Notes: generated by a model not told the origin, from the sequence alone. A DNA stretch of 64,000 nucleotides from Phaeosaccion multiseriatum (GCA_965112735.1 OZ218962.1:1054001-1118000); one strand, 5' to 3'; positions 25,585 to 38,898 are shown, numbered from the stretch's first letter. A program made the numbers and translations.

Positions 25585-28500
25585 CTCCTTCTTCTCCTTC
25601 TGCTGTATCATCCCTCCCTGACGCTGCTGTCCGTTGGCTACCGCTCTCCGCCCTTTGGAACGCCCCTCTGGACATCCCTCCTGACCTGCCTGTCCGTCTG
25701 TCTGCTCCGCCTCTCCTGCCTGCTCTGTGGTGGCCGTCTCCCCTCTCCCCTCCTGTATCACCAACTCCCCCTCCCCCAACCGACCTTGTAGAGCCATCCC
25801 GTAAGGAGGTGCCCCATATGCTTCTTCCTGTGGCTTTGTGTTCCGTGGTCTCCCATCGTGTAGAGAAGGTGGCTCTGGCGGAGGGTCCTCACCTCTTGGT
25901 GACACTAGATGGCCCTCACTTCCTCCTCCCCCTCCTCCTCCTCCTCCTCCTCCTCCTCCTCCTCCTCCTCCTCCTCCTCCTCCTCCTCCTCCTCCTCCTC
26001 CTCCTCCTCCTCCTCCTCCTCCTCCTCCTCCTCCTCCTCCTCCTCCTCCTCCTCCTCCTCCTCCTCCCCTCCTCCTCCTCCTCCTCCTCCTCCTCCTCCT
26101 CCTCCTCCTCCTCCTCCTCCTCCTCCTCCTCCTCCTCCTCCTCCCGCTCTTCTCATTCGTCGCTGCTGCATGCGCACCTCCTTGGACTTCGCGTACCCAA
26201 TAACCCACTCCCCATCCACTGCCATCCCCTCCCCCTCACCCTCCCCCTTCCCCTCATCCTCCCCCGCGTTGCCACCACCCCCTGCCGACGTAGACGCAGC
26301 ATGTGGAGGGACAGCGGCAGTGGCGTCAACAGGAGCGGTAGAAGCACCATCAACATTAGTGGGGGTGCAAATAATAGCCGTAGAGCCATTCCTCCACATC
26401 GCCTCTCCACCCTCTCCTCCTCCTCCTCCTCCTCCTCCTCCTCCTCCTCCTCCTCCTCCTCCTCCTCCTCTTCCTCCTCCTCCTTCTCCTTCTCCTCCTC
26501 CCCGTCGCCGCAGAGGAAGTGTCTTGTGAATCTCGGCCTTGATTGTGGACAAACGGGCCCTCCAATCATTGGCAAGCTCCTCGACGCTCTCCAGGGGGGC
26601 CATCTTCTTCACAGAGCCGTGTCGCAAGGAGGGAGGCTTGGCCACGGGAAGAGCAGACTCCTGGCCATCTTCATCATCTCCATGGTCTGCTGCTGCTCCT
26701 ACTGCTGAGTCTGAAGCCCCTCCTCCCCCTCCTCCCCCTCCTCCCCCTCTTCCTCCTCCTCCTCCTCCTCCTCCTCCTCCTCCTCCTCCTCCTCCTCCTC
26801 CTCCTCCTCCTCCTCCTCCTCCTCCACCACCACCTCCTCCTCCTCCTCCTCCTCCTCCCTCTTCTCGGTCTCGAGCAAGCCTTCCGCGGGCGCTCCTGGG
26901 CCTCGCACTCGAAGGTCGGACCTTACTCTTACCAACCCCGCGTATTGGGGTCGTGGACTGCCATCTGGTGATCCAGTAAGCAGCTGCTGTGGCTGCCGAG
27001 GCGAGCTCTACACGAGGGGCGCCTTCGAGGGCAGAGAGGGGCGGCAAGGCGGTGCATACACCAGGGGCCCAGGAGGAGAAGCTGGAGTGTATGGGGGAGG
27101 GGGGGAGAGGGGAGGAGAGGGGAGGAGAGGGGAGGGGAGGGGAGGGGGCGAGTGGAAGGGGAGAAGGTACAAGGGCGGCGACAGAGAGAGGGGAGCGGGT
27201 CGGGTTTCAGTTTCGGCAGTTTCAGTAACGCTACTTGCTTTCCCTCCCCCCCCCTTCGTGTTATGTGCTTTACTTTACCTGTCCTCTCCGGCGCAGGGGT
27301 TTCCCGCCAAAAACAATTCACAGAGCTCGTTGAGATTGCCCAGCACCGTAAGTACCGCGGGCAAATGTGCCAGCCTGTTGCTCCGAATGTCCACCACGTC
27401 CAGGACCGGGCAGGCAGAGGGCAGGGCATCAATGTCTTCGAGACGATTGAAAGGCACATAGAGTTCTGAGAGGAGCGACAGGGGAGGAAGGGATGCCAGA
27501 GAGGACAAGCAGTTGCGAGGCAGACGCAGACTGGAGAGGCGGGCCAGGCCCTGTTGGTAGGACGGGGGGGGGAGGGGGGGGGTGGAGAAGGGAGGACTGA
27601 GGGAAGGATACGCTATGAGAGGGTGTGAGAAGGACAGGGGGGGGTGGAGGGGCATGTTTTCTTCAAAACGCCTGAAATTAATGCATCATCGGCCGATCCC
27701 GGTGGCCTTCAACTCTTCGTTGTTTTGCCAACTTAACTCTCTCTCTCCCTCCCTCCTCACTCACTCCATTCCCCCCTCCCCCCTTCCCCCTCCCTCCCTC
27801 TCACCCTCCCTCCCTCCCTTTACCCATCCACAATGTCCCTTCCACCTTCCCTCCCTCCCTCTCTCCCTCCCTCCCTCTCTCCCTCCCTCCCTCCCTCTCT
27901 TCCTCCCTCCCTCCCGCCCCACCCTCCCTTCCCTTCCCTTCCTCCCTCCCTCCCTCCTAACCTTAAGTCCTTTGAGGTCATCGATGCGGTTATCCCCGAG
28001 GTGGAGCTCCGTAAGCTTGGCGAGGTGAGTGAGTCCCCTCAGTCCCCTCGGCCCTCCGATGTCGTTACTGGCGAGGCTGAGGCTCTGTAGTTGTACCAAT
28101 CCAGGGGCTACGTCCGTGCTTGTGAGGCCGTTATCGGACACGTCAAGGAGGGTTAGAGAGGGGCAGCCCTGGAGGAGGAGGAGGAGGAGGAGGAGGAGGA
28201 GGAGGAGGAGGAGGAGGAGGAGGAGGAGGAGGAGGAGGAGGAGGAGGAGGAGGAGGAGGAGGAGGAGGAGGAGGGCCAAAGGTTAGGACAATGGTGGAGA
28301 GCGTCTTCCAGCGAGTAAAATATTTTCTTTTCTGTTGGCAAAGCAGGCGCTGAAGTGGAGTGAGGCTCTGATTGTTGATTGTTGTGTGTTGGTGGTGATG
28401 CTTCCAGCACGATGCCAAGCCGTAACCCCCTCCCTAGACTGCCTCGAGCAGGGGTCCTGTTCCATCTCCCTTCTGGAGGACCTTTCCTGTCCGCCCTCTT

Positions 28501-28833
28501 ACCGAGATTTTGAGATGCTCCAACGAGTTTCGATCCAGCCTGAGTGAGGAAAGGGCCAGCCAGCATAGGCAGTAGTAGCAGGCAGCAGCAGAAGACGCAG
28601 CAGCAGCAGCAGCAGCAGGCGAGGAGGAGAAGCCAAGTAGTAGAACGAGAAGGAAGAATCGAAAGTGTCGAAACGAAGTAGGCAGAGAGAGTCAGAGAGG
28701 GATTGTTGAGGATTGCGGGTGAGTGAGAGCAGGACGGGAGTGCGGCGGACGGACAAGACGAGAAAGGCTCCTAAGTCGTGCTTCTCGCCGTCCGGCAGCA
28801 TTTCGCCCGTATGTATCACTCTGTATGTGTATG

Positions 28834-28893
<60 letters not shown>

Positions 28894-29167
28894 CGTGTGT
28901 GTGTGTTTGACGCGTCCTCTCTCGTACCGGAGTGTCTTGAGCTTGGTGAGCCCCTTGAAGGCCCCCGCAGCGACTCTGGAGATGCGATTGGAGTTGAGCA
29001 ACAACACCTCCAGCTTGGTGTTTCTGCTTGCACACAACCGAACATCAGCAGACAAGGGGGTCAACGAGTACGGAGACCATGGGCATGCAAAGGAAGGAAA
29101 GGAAAGAGTGAGGAGAAGTGGTCGTCCAGTGAAAGGAGAGACAGACAGGGCAAGCGAGAGAGGGGGA

Positions 29168-29211
<44 letters not shown>

Positions 29212-29376
29212 GAGAGTGAGAGAGTGAGAGAGAGAGAGAAAGAGAGAGATCGAGAGAGAGGTGTGGGTCTAATTTCGGTCAGGTGGTTGGAGATAGGAAA
29301 GCGGGTCACGCATCCCCGCTTGACACACACACGTATACACACAACACACACACGCACACAGAGGGCTATCTACCTA

Positions 29377-29439
<63 letters not shown>

Positions 29440-30213
29440 GTCCATCGCCCTAGCCATGCGTCCATCCATATGTCTATACCTGGCAAGGTCGGCATCATCC
29501 AGCTGCACAATCTTGTTGCCGTACAACATGAGCTCCCTCAACTCGAGAAGGAGCTTGAGGTCTGGCACGCTGTCATCGAGGCCGGTGAGGGAGTTGAAGG
29601 ATAGGTCCAGAGAGCGTAGCTTGGGCACAGCCTCATGCAGCACTCCGGCGGCCACCCGTTCGAGGCCTTGGTTGTGGGCATCCACAGCAAAAAGGCTCGA
29701 GTTGGGCTCCTCCAAAATGGCGCACTGTTTCGGGAGAAGAATCAGTAAGTGGGGTTGGGGGGAATTGTCCATGGTTACAGGATCTTGTATGGTAGTATGG
29801 TAGTATGGGGAGGGGGGCTAAAGCGGCAGCGATGTCAGGTGTTGGTTGTGTAGTTCTGCTGGGGCCCGTGCTTGCTGGTTATCGAAAGGGAGGGAACGAC
29901 GAGGAGCACTACTACCATCACGGAGGACGCACAGTATAATTTGCGTTTAAGCAGAGAGCCACACTCTCCTCAGGTCGTGCAAGTCTCCCCCCGCAACAAA
30001 CTAGGGAATAACACGCACCAGCAACTTCGCTCCAAGAGTCGTGCATGGTTTGTGCTGCTGCTGCTGCCGATGCTGCTGCTTGGCCGGCCGCCCTTCCCTC
30101 GCCAAGTTTCTCGCCTCGTCCTCTTCCTCCCGCTCCTTACTCTTGCCCGCGGGAGTCCGTATTACTTCGCCTCGGACAGAAGGTTGTCGCTTACTGAGCC
30201 ACCGCCTCTCCAT
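22745..30213 (-). CDS. Leucine-rich repeat protein with long low-complexity C-terminal region
   Basis: LRR units across GT-AG exons: [66 protein letters not shown]. The distal exon structure is less certain. Confidence 0.8.
25922..26143. repeat. (CCT)n microsatellite, probably intronic
   Basis: Direct observation. Similar runs lie at 6834-6892, 26414-26500, 26750-26860, 28171-28273 and 33274-33329. Confidence 0.95.
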
Positions 30214-30537
30214 TGCAGGGCCAGAGGGGGCATGAATTGTCAATTCCCCAGAGATATTTGGTGCTCGCGCTGATGAAGGAGCCCCCCACAGTGGCTGCGG
30301 CTGCTCCAATAGCCCTGCCAGCTGGCTGATAGAGAGTTGGCTGGATAGGACTAAGATAAGGGCGTAGCAAGCACTGGAAAGGATCCTGTTTTGCAGGGAG
30401 AGGAGAGAGCTTTAACGGCGAGGTCCAGCTGTGAATTTATCACCAACTCCCGTTCCCCCTGCCTCATCGGGCATTTCCATATAAAATAAGAGGGAGCCCG
30501 GAAGCGGAGGAGGGGCAGGGCAAGGGAGAGCGTTAGA

Positions 30538-32710
30538 ATGTGGAGGGCGGTGGTTGGCAGGGAAATAGCGGCTTCCATGGAGAATACTGCGGCGGCGAGG
30601 GCGAACAGTGGTGGGGCCCAGAAGGCGGACGTGAAGGCCGTGAGGGAGCTTGGCTTTGTGAAGAAAATGGAAGCCAAGTTCAGAGAGAGGGGCGAGGGGA
30701 CGACGCTGTGCAGAGAGGTGGCGTTCGAGGGGGAGGGCGAAAGCGAAGAGGGCGAGGAGAAGGAGAAGAAGGAGAAGGGGGACGACGAAGAGGAGAAGGA
30801 CAAGCTGCGGGAGAGTGGCCCTAAGGGGAAGCTGGCCGTCACGTACGTTGCGAATGATGGACTCTACTTAGCTGCCGTAGTGCCACCACACCCGCTGCCA
30901 CCTCCAGTAGGGGGAGGGGGAGATGCCGAAAGTGATGGCGGCGAGTGCAGTGAATTCTGGGAGTGCATCATCAGTGAAACCACAGTCAAGAAGCACGTGA
31001 GTAGTTGGGATTATATAAATAGCTGGACATGAATTATTTCCCTTCTACTCTCCTCCATCTCTAAACCCCACATTCTCTCCCCTCCCCCCTCTCTCTCCCT
31101 CTCACTTCCCCGCTCTGTTGCCATTCAGCTGGACGACAACGACGTGGAAGGCCTGAGTATGGATGAGGCGGCAGACATGGTATGGGAGGCTCTCTTCACC
31201 AGCCAAGAGCTCTCCCTATCGTGGGACGAGGACACAAAGGGGGGAGGTGGTGGGCCCGGGCAGAAGCTGTTGAGTGTCAACCTCATGTATGACGCGCTGG
31301 GTACGGGTTGCCTTTACCCGTGGGTGTTGACCAAGAAGCAAGCGGGGTTGACGAGCGCCTTCGTGGACAGCTTGCTCAGACACCTAACTGCCACACCTTT
31401 GGCAGTACCTCAGGCCATGGACGACGAGGTGAGAGAGAGAGCCAGAGCCGGCAAAGGAGGAGAGGAGAGGAGAGGAGCGAGAGGCGGGTGTAGCACACCA
31501 CGTAATTATTGCGTACGTGCGTGCGGCACCATGTACCCCCTGCCTTGCCTATGGCGGGTGGGCGGGTGTGTGTGCCGAGCTCGCTCGGAGAGGAAGACGG
31601 CGTTGGGGAATGGGGGTGTGCTGCTCCTCTGCTCCTTGTGCGACACGACACACACACACACACTATCACCTCCACCACCTCACTCCTTCCCACACCCCTT
31701 CATCTCCTCCTCCCCCCCTCACTCCCTTCCCATTCCCCATTATCCTCTACTCTACCACCCTTACCATCCTCTTCCCCTCCACATCACGCTCCATCAATAC
31801 CACACATACACGCATCTACACATGGTTACAACTTACCTCGAGCGCTCCAATACTGAGCCCATAAGCTCTAATATACATCACACACACACACACACACACA
31901 GACACCGTGCATGTGTGCAGGTGGCCTGCAAATAACTTTTATTGTACTGTTCTTCTCCTCTTACGCACCCCCCCCCACACCCACCCACCGACACACCCAC
32001 CCACGCCACAGAAACATCACGGAAAGAGGGGGGGAAGGGGGCGCCAACCAAGAGAGCGGAAGAAGCGGGCTGTCGACCGCAGGACCACTACCTCCGTAAT
32101 GGCAGCCAAGAACAGGTGCGCTACTTTCATACTTTGTCTCTCCACTCCTCTCGGGACCAAGAGAGCCCATCTGTGGATCAGACTGAAAGAGGAAGATAAA
32201 CGGCTCCGACTCTGTTCGCGCACAGCACACGGACCACTTCCTCCCTCCCCTCTGACGACTGAGTGGTGCTTACATCCCGTCCCTCCCGTGCGTCCGTGCG
32301 TCCGTGCGTTCGTCCTCCGTCCCCCCCTCCCCCCTTGTCTGTCTCTTCTCTTCTATTCTCTTCTCCTCTCTTCTCTTCTCTTCTCTTCTCCTCTCTTCTC
32401 CTCTCTTCTCTTCTCTTGTCTTGTCTTGTCTTCTCTTCTCCTCTCTCCTCTCTTCTCTCTTCTCTTCTCTTCTCTTGTCGTCTCTTCTCCTCTCTTCGCG
32501 GCAACGACAACAGCGCTCCTATGGGGGTCCAGTATTGCACATGACGACAAACTCAAACTTGAGAGGAAGAAGGACCCCCTCGATACGGACCGACTCAGGC
32601 ACGCGATAACAGGTTATCAGGTTTCAGACGGACAGGTCGCAGGCCAACAGGCGGCCGGCGGTGACCGCTGCAGGGCAGGCAGTGGCCGCTGCCGGGAACA
32701 GGGCAGGTAA
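30538..32710 (+). CDS. Hypothetical protein, weak resemblance to XRCC4/XLF/PAXX-type head domain; 4 exons
   Basis: Exons (~30538-30996, 31129-31428, 32012-32115, 32533-32710) splice in frame. The segment FWECIISETTVKKH|LDDNDVEGLSMDEAADMVWEAL recalls the XRCC4-family head. Confidence 0.55.
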
Positions 32711-32896
32711 AGGCAGAGCCAAGAGGGCGATAAGGACTGAAGCTGGGCTGACCTGGACTGAGGCACGCTGCGCGGGCCTATTGGGCTGTCCCTGTGTGAC
32801 ATGTGTTGCACAAGACGCCTTGCCTACGCGCATCAGTCCAGCTCAGCCCAGCTTCAGTCCTTATCGCCCTCTTGGCTCTGCCTTTGCCTGCCCTGT
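32698..32896. repeat. ~70-bp near-perfect inverted repeat (hairpin or MITE-like)
   Basis: 32698-32767 is the reverse complement of 32827-32896 with few mismatches. Confidence 0.85.
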
Positions 32897-34446
32897 GAGT
32901 GGCAAGTGAGCAAGGTGAAGTGTGCGATGACGTGCGCGATGACGTGTGCGATGACGTGTGCGATGACGCGTGCGATGACTTGTGTGGTGACGTGTGAGTG
33001 CGTCAGCTTTCCGACAGAGACATGTCCTCTCTGCCCAGCCGCAACCCTGACCCAAAGCTCAAGCCCAGTGAGCCCTATAGGGCTCTGCCTGCCCCGCAGC
33101 AGTCGTCGCCTGCCTCGTCGCCTCACTGACATTCACCGACATGTATTGATTGCCTACCTCCTCGCCTCACTGACATGTATGAATGTGTATTGATTGCGCT
33201 CCGGAGACGTCAGTCCGGGGGGCTCTTACCGTAGACTCGCGCAAAGTGGAAGAGTTGTTGTTGTTGTTGTTGGAGGAGGAGGAGGAGGAGGAGGAGGAGG
33301 AGGAGGAGGAGGAGGAGGAGGAGGAGGAGGCGTTTCCACTTGTGCGATTAACCCTATGGTCTTTGTATAAACACCACGTCAACTTTGAGGGCGATAAAAG
33401 ATCAGTTAGTTTTCGGAACCATTGATTGTGTTCTCATTCTTCGCATGCGCCTGGCAGTGAAGGAATGGCAGGCCCAGGGCTTGCCCTTGTCGCATCCCCC
33501 CCTACTTTTGCTGCAGTAGACTTCAAACCCTGCCTGACCCTGAGTCGGCCTTGACAAAACGACGTCTTGAAAAAGCACCTCCCTTAAACAAAATGATGCC
33601 TAATCAACTGCAGAGTCCTCCCTTCCTTCGATCAGTCAGGTGCATGGCCTTTAACGACGCCTCCTTCCCCCTCCTCCCGCCAGTCTTCCTTTGTATGGGC
33701 GTGCGTGCTGAGCAACAGCGTTAGCACTCGTAAGATAAAGAGAGTGAGGAAGGCCACTCCTGCCTTTCTTCCCCTCTCGTCTTCGCTCGATGAGCCCGAA
33801 AACAGCCTTGGCGCGTTTGGGATGCTGGAAACGTTTCCGATGTCCGAGATGCCTCTTCGTAGGGCCTTGTTCGCACGAATGGAATAGCGTTTCGCGCGGC
33901 CGTAGCGCAGCCTCTCTCTCTCTCTCTCGAGAAACACTTCCTTGATGCTCGGGTCGGGTCCTCCTTCGTCTCCATCTCCCCCTCTACCTCAAGACCAACC
34001 ACAAGCCACTCCACGGAGCACCTTACGATACATCGAACGGGGGAGGAAGTGCCGCCCTGCAATGACCTTCCAAGCGTCGCCTTAGCATCGCCGGGGAGGA
34101 TGGTGGCAAATATACTCAGGACGGCTTGGACCGGCTGCACGGCAGCGGAAGACACACCCGAAACCTGGCTGTCGTCCGCCCACCCCCGTCCGTTACCTCC
34201 CCAAAGGGAGCCTGCGAGGGCTCTGCCTTGGAAGCTCCGCGTTATCTATTGAAGAATGGACCTTGCCCTTCTCTCGCACGCCCTTTGGATCGCTTAGGAA
34301 ACGGAGGGCCGCAGCCCTGACGTAGAGTGGCATAGGGCGGCACATTCAAAAGGTCTACTTCACTCTTTCCTTCAGAGAAAAAAAGTCGTGGGAGTAGCAC
34401 GTAGGAGCACCTGGTAGTCCAGCCCAAGCTGCCACAGCTACGGAGC

Positions 34447-35271
34447 TCATGCCCCCGGCGTCATGGCACGCGTCCCCTCTGCGGCAGCCTTGGGGCGGAC
34501 TTCCTGCAGTAGAGCCACTCGCTGCTGTCCTGTGCTTGGCCCTGCTGCTGCCGCTGTCGCTGCAACGCGCAAGCTGAAGACGGTGGGGTCCATCCTGCAC
34601 ACAGCCCCCTGCGTCTCGCAAAAGTACACTGCGCTCTCCAGCTCCAGGGGCAAGCTGGACGGCTGTGGAGCGAGCGTGGCTGGGATACGAATCGTCTCCT
34701 CCTGCCCCTCTCGGCCCCGAACTTCCCCCCTGGATACCTCCTGTCCGTCCACCAGTAGTCTCCACTTACTCCTCTTGCCCTCTGTAAAGTGAGAACCTGG
34801 GAGAAGGTCTATCGAGAGAACTAGCGATCCGTCTCGTGCCAGCACAGCATCCACTGCCACGTGCTTGGCTCTGCGCGAGGAGAAGAGCGCAGACGGTGCG
34901 CCACTCTTTGGGGTGGTGAGTTCTGAAGCAACCGAGGCGCGCGAGCTTGTGATGAGAGCTGCAGCTGCAGCAGCTGCTCCTACTCGGTCCCGGACACGGG
35001 ACAATACACCTCGTCTCGAGTACATTGCATTTTCTCTGCGCCTCGTCTTCCCTGCCCGCTTCTCCTCTTGCTGCTGCGATTGCTGCTGCTGCCGCTGGTG
35101 GTGATGCTCCAGCTTCGGGGAGAACAGCGGAAGCGATGTCCGACAAGCTGCTGTTCGTGAATGCACAGGGAAATCCACTCCCTTAAGCGTCGACGGGAGA
35201 ACAAAAGCCTCTGGGCTTCCTCGATGTCCTACTGCTGCTGCCACAACAACAGACCTCGCCTTCATCCTCAT
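34447..35271 (-). CDS. Stand-alone SOQ1/NHLRC2 C-terminal-domain-like protein, possibly thylakoid lumenal; intronless
   Basis: LSIDLLPGSHFTEGKRSKW...VYFCETQGAVCRMD resembles the SOQ1/NHLRC2 CTD. Upstream lie ...EA-F and SRRGVL + Ala-rich stretch + SVA, a Tat-like signal. Confidence 0.65.
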   Translation of the reverse strand: MRMKARSVVVAAAVGHRGSPEAFVLPSTLKGVDFPVHSRTAACRTSLPLFSPKLEHHHQRQQQQSQQQEEKRAGKTRRRENAMYSRRGVLSRVRDRVGAAAAAAALITSSRASVASELTTPKSGAPSALFSSRRAKHVAVDAVLARDGSLVLSIDLLPGSHFTEGKRSKWRLLVDGQEVSRGEVRGREGQEETIRIPATLAPQPSSLPLELESAVYFCETQGAVCRMDPTVFSLRVAATAAAAGPSTGQQRVALLQEVRPKAAAEGTRAMTPGA

Positions 35272-37827
35272 TTTGGATTCACAAAGGGATGAAGGATTGA
35301 GGAAGGAAAGGGAAGGGATATGAAGGACTTCCTTCGCGCAAAACTTATCCCTTCCTCCCTCTCCTCTTCTCCTCCTTCCACGATGGTTAGGGTTTTCACT
35401 GCTCGACGCACGGTCCTTCACCACCTTTTCTTTTTTTTTCCGGATCCGGATCGATCTGGCTTTGCCTTAACGTCGCGAATCTGTCATGTCTGCTGCTTCT
35501 GCTTCCTCTGCGTCTCGCAAAGCCTCTCTGTCCTATCTCAAGCTCCTCTCTGAGTTTGAATTTGAGTTTTCCCCGCGCTATGCCATGTTGTACGGGGAAT
35601 CGAACCCCACCAATTGAAACGCGACGACCTTGTGATTCTTGTACCACCAAGAGCAGTACCTCTTCGCTTGCCTTAATGCACCGTCTTAGGTCTGTGTTGA
35701 GAGTTTCTGAAAGTGGAACACGACGATTTGTGATTTTGTACCACCAAGAAGTGCATCTGGCAAAGTCGGAAAAAGGTCAAGATGATTTCAATCCGGCATG
35801 ATACAGTACAGAGAACTGAAACGCGATGGCGCTGTTATGAACAAACAGGTCAGAGAAGCAAACTCGCTGTAACCCCTCCGCGTACCGTTCTGCAGTTCTT
35901 CATTTTCCTTTCCTTTTCCTCTGATCCTTTTCCCTTCTCTCTCTTCCCTTTTCACTTGCTGCCAAACTTGAGAAGTTGAGAGCAGCGCAGGAGGGGGAGG
36001 AAGGAACGAAAAGTCTTGTGCCTCGCCCTTGCTATCTTCTTGTCCTCATTCCTTTTTCCCCTCCCTCCCACCTTTCATCCCATGATCCCCTGCCTAGTAT
36101 ACCCTGCTTCCTCACGTTTTATGCACCGATTTGACGCAAACAGACGGGCAGCCGAGCGAGTGGGAAGCAGAGACGATGGAGGTGTGGTGTCATGGAGATT
36201 GCCACAAGACCCTGAGCGTGAGTAGCGGACTGGATCGAGCTTGAGGGACCGTAGGGAAGGCAGCAGGTGGAGCACCATCGCTGTCTGTCATCTCCGTCCC
36301 CCCTTTCATCTCTTCTATCCTCCCTCCCCTTGCCCCCCCTTTATCTCTCGAACGCTCTCTCTCTCCCCTCTCTCTTTCCCGTTCATCACTTTTCCTCGTC
36401 TCCCCTCACCCCTCTCCCTCTCACTCACTTTCTCTTTCTCTTTATTTGTTTCTTTTCTGTCTTTCACGCACTCTCACTCTCTCCATCTCTTTCGCTCTCT
36501 CGTACATACTTTCTCACTCATTCTCCCCCCCCCCCCCTCTCTCCTCTCTCTTGCTCTCTCCCCTTTTCTGTTTCACTCCATCCCCCCGTCGTCTGTATCT
36601 CTCTCCCCCCCTCCTCCCCTCCACCCAGCCCCTCCCCAGATGCGGACATATGCACCACACGGTGAGTAGCTTGTGTCAGGACAGGGGGTGGGTGAGTGCA
36701 GGGTGTCAGGACAGGTGTCAGGACAGAGGGCGTGCGAAGAGTGGAAGATTTGCGGTGCCGCAATCGTGGCATTGGACTCTGCGAAGTAATGCATCGGGGC
36801 GGTCACACGTGTGTCTGACTATTCGGATCTGTTGATTTTCATCAAGATCGGGAGGGGGGATTGACTGTTTAACCTCAAGTGTCCTCCCAAGAGCTACACA
36901 AAACATCTTTAGTCTTTATTTCGCAAGCAGCTATATGTTGTTCCTCCTTCACATGCCTCCAAAGAGGAGCGGTTTGAGTCTTTTATCAAGACTCAGCTCC
37001 CACTGCCCCTCTTGAGCGTGAGGCGCTGACACAGCATGACTATCGTCCGCAGCACCACCCCCTCCCCCTCCTCCGTCAGCAGGTGCTCCTTCTGATTGAC
37101 CTGGTCCAGCAGGTCGACCGGCAGGGTGTGAAGCACACTCGTCAGGCAAGTGTCTTGGTTATACGCCTCCCACCTTCTCCCCCACTCGCTTGGTGAGCAC
37201 GGTGAGCAGCACTTGCATACCGCCGATCTTCATGCCTCTGTGCAGCACCACCTCTCCGGCGGTGTCTCCTGTGGAAGGCAGCAAGTGCGTGCGTGGTGCT
37301 ACCTGCTTACCTCCGCTGGCGTCAGCCGGCGTGCTACCTGCTGCCGGCCAGCGGCCAGTAATTTAGTCGGTGGTACTTCAAGGGTCGAACTTAAATGCAG
37401 AAGAATAGAGAAGAGGCGTGGTGTTATAAAGCCAGGGTGGGTGCCAGTCTCGAAAGAGTTGGACCGATGATGACAGAGTTGTGACATGCTGCATGAGAAA
37501 GAGAGGGGGTGGGGTCGTGAGGGAGAGAGATACGAGTACGTGCCCTCCTCCCTTTTCCTTCCGAGAGAGAGACAGAGAGAGTGAATGGCGGAACGTGTGT
37601 ATCGTGCAACACTTCGTTGATTTACCTCCCTCAAGTACTTGCTGAAGACTTGCCCCTTACAAACATGGAAGCGCCAAGGAGGAACTGCAAAGCCCACCCC
37701 CCAGCCCACACTCTTCCGTGCCTACCATTACGACCAATGGATGGCGACGACTACTACCCACCTACCTACGTACCTACCTATTGTACCACCACACCTCCTA
37801 CACCATACAATACACCATCCCAGTCCT

Positions 37828-38898
37828 CTATGCTCTAGGGATCTGCCCCTCCTCCTCTTTGCAAATTGCTGCAAATTCATCGAACAGCTCCTGCGCGGCG
37901 AAGGTACCCGACTTGGGCGGCGAGATGAGGACGCAGCTGGTGGGCCTCTTGGTGCTCGCCGCCCCACCCAAGTCTACTTTGGAGGGCACGTACATGTATG
38001 GCACGCCCTGCTCCTCACAGTACACGGGGAGGTGCGTGATGACATCGAAGGGGGAGATGTCTCCAGCGAGGATGCACACGCCCTTGACTCCCTTTCGCAG
38101 CCCCTTGATGACCTCCTTCACGCCCCGCCGCACGCACTTGGCCCCAGAAGCCTTCTTTACCAGCTTGTGCGCCTTCTTTGTCTGTTGGGTGAGGTGAGGT
38201 GAGGAAGGAGGAGCAGCAGCAGAGGAGAGGAGGAGGAGGAGGAAGCAAATGCGTAACACGACACACGGTGAAAGGTCAGAGGCTGTTCCGCAGTTGAGAA
38301 CGGGGTTCGTTCCGTATTGATTGAGTGCAAGGCTAGCTTCAAAGATACTTCGCCAATAGACCTTTTCTCGGTGGCAGGATAGGCTCCTCACTCCTCGTCC
38401 CTCGCGTCGGCAGTCGCCTCGAATCACGAGTCACTGTTCAGATCGCACGTCTTGCTTCCTCACTGCCCCTTCATCCTCTCTTGCTCCCATGCTTCCCCCA
38501 TCACCCAGACCACCACCAAGAACACCACCAAGAAGGCCCTAAAACGAGCTCACAGATCCTTTGATCTCCTTGGGCAAATCCTTCGGGGGGAAGGGTTCCT
38601 CGAACAAGCGCCCCACAGAGTCCACACAGAGAGAGAGAGAGAGAGGAGAGAGAAAGAGCTTGAGGGAGGGAGAGAGCCTGATCCTTACCTGCTTCTTCCT
38701 GCACATTGGCTTGGCCATGCACGAGCATGCCACTATGCGCTCCTCGTAGGTCTTCTCTCCCTTCTCAGCAGCGGCGTCTTCTGCCTCCTCACTGCCCCCA
38801 ACAGACGCCTTGCGCTTCTTCTTGCTCGATCCCTCCTCCTTCTCTGCGGTGCTCTTCTTCCTCTTCTTGCTGCTCCCGCTGGGATCGCTGCTCCCCAT
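37828..38898 (-). CDS. NHP2: H/ACA ribonucleoprotein subunit NHP2 (L7Ae family); intron 38182-38688
   Basis: MAKPM...KKAHKLVKKAS...VRRGVKEVIKGLRKG...LAGDISPFDVITHLPVYCEE...YVPSKVDLGGAASTKRPTSCVL. Confidence 0.93.

Noticed and set aside
25828-26177. Apparent frameshift in the LRR gene within the (GAG)n run
   Set aside because: A phase-0 GT-AG intron (KSKE|gtgcgc...ccacag|EEAYG) removes it and fits the local intron polarity.
33632-34320. Short ORFs on both strands
   Set aside because: No recognisable motifs or consistent splice pattern.
38182-38688. Possible snoRNA in the NHP2 intron
   Set aside because: I could not identify convincing C/D or H/ACA boxes with the required structure by eye; an Infernal/Rfam search is needed.
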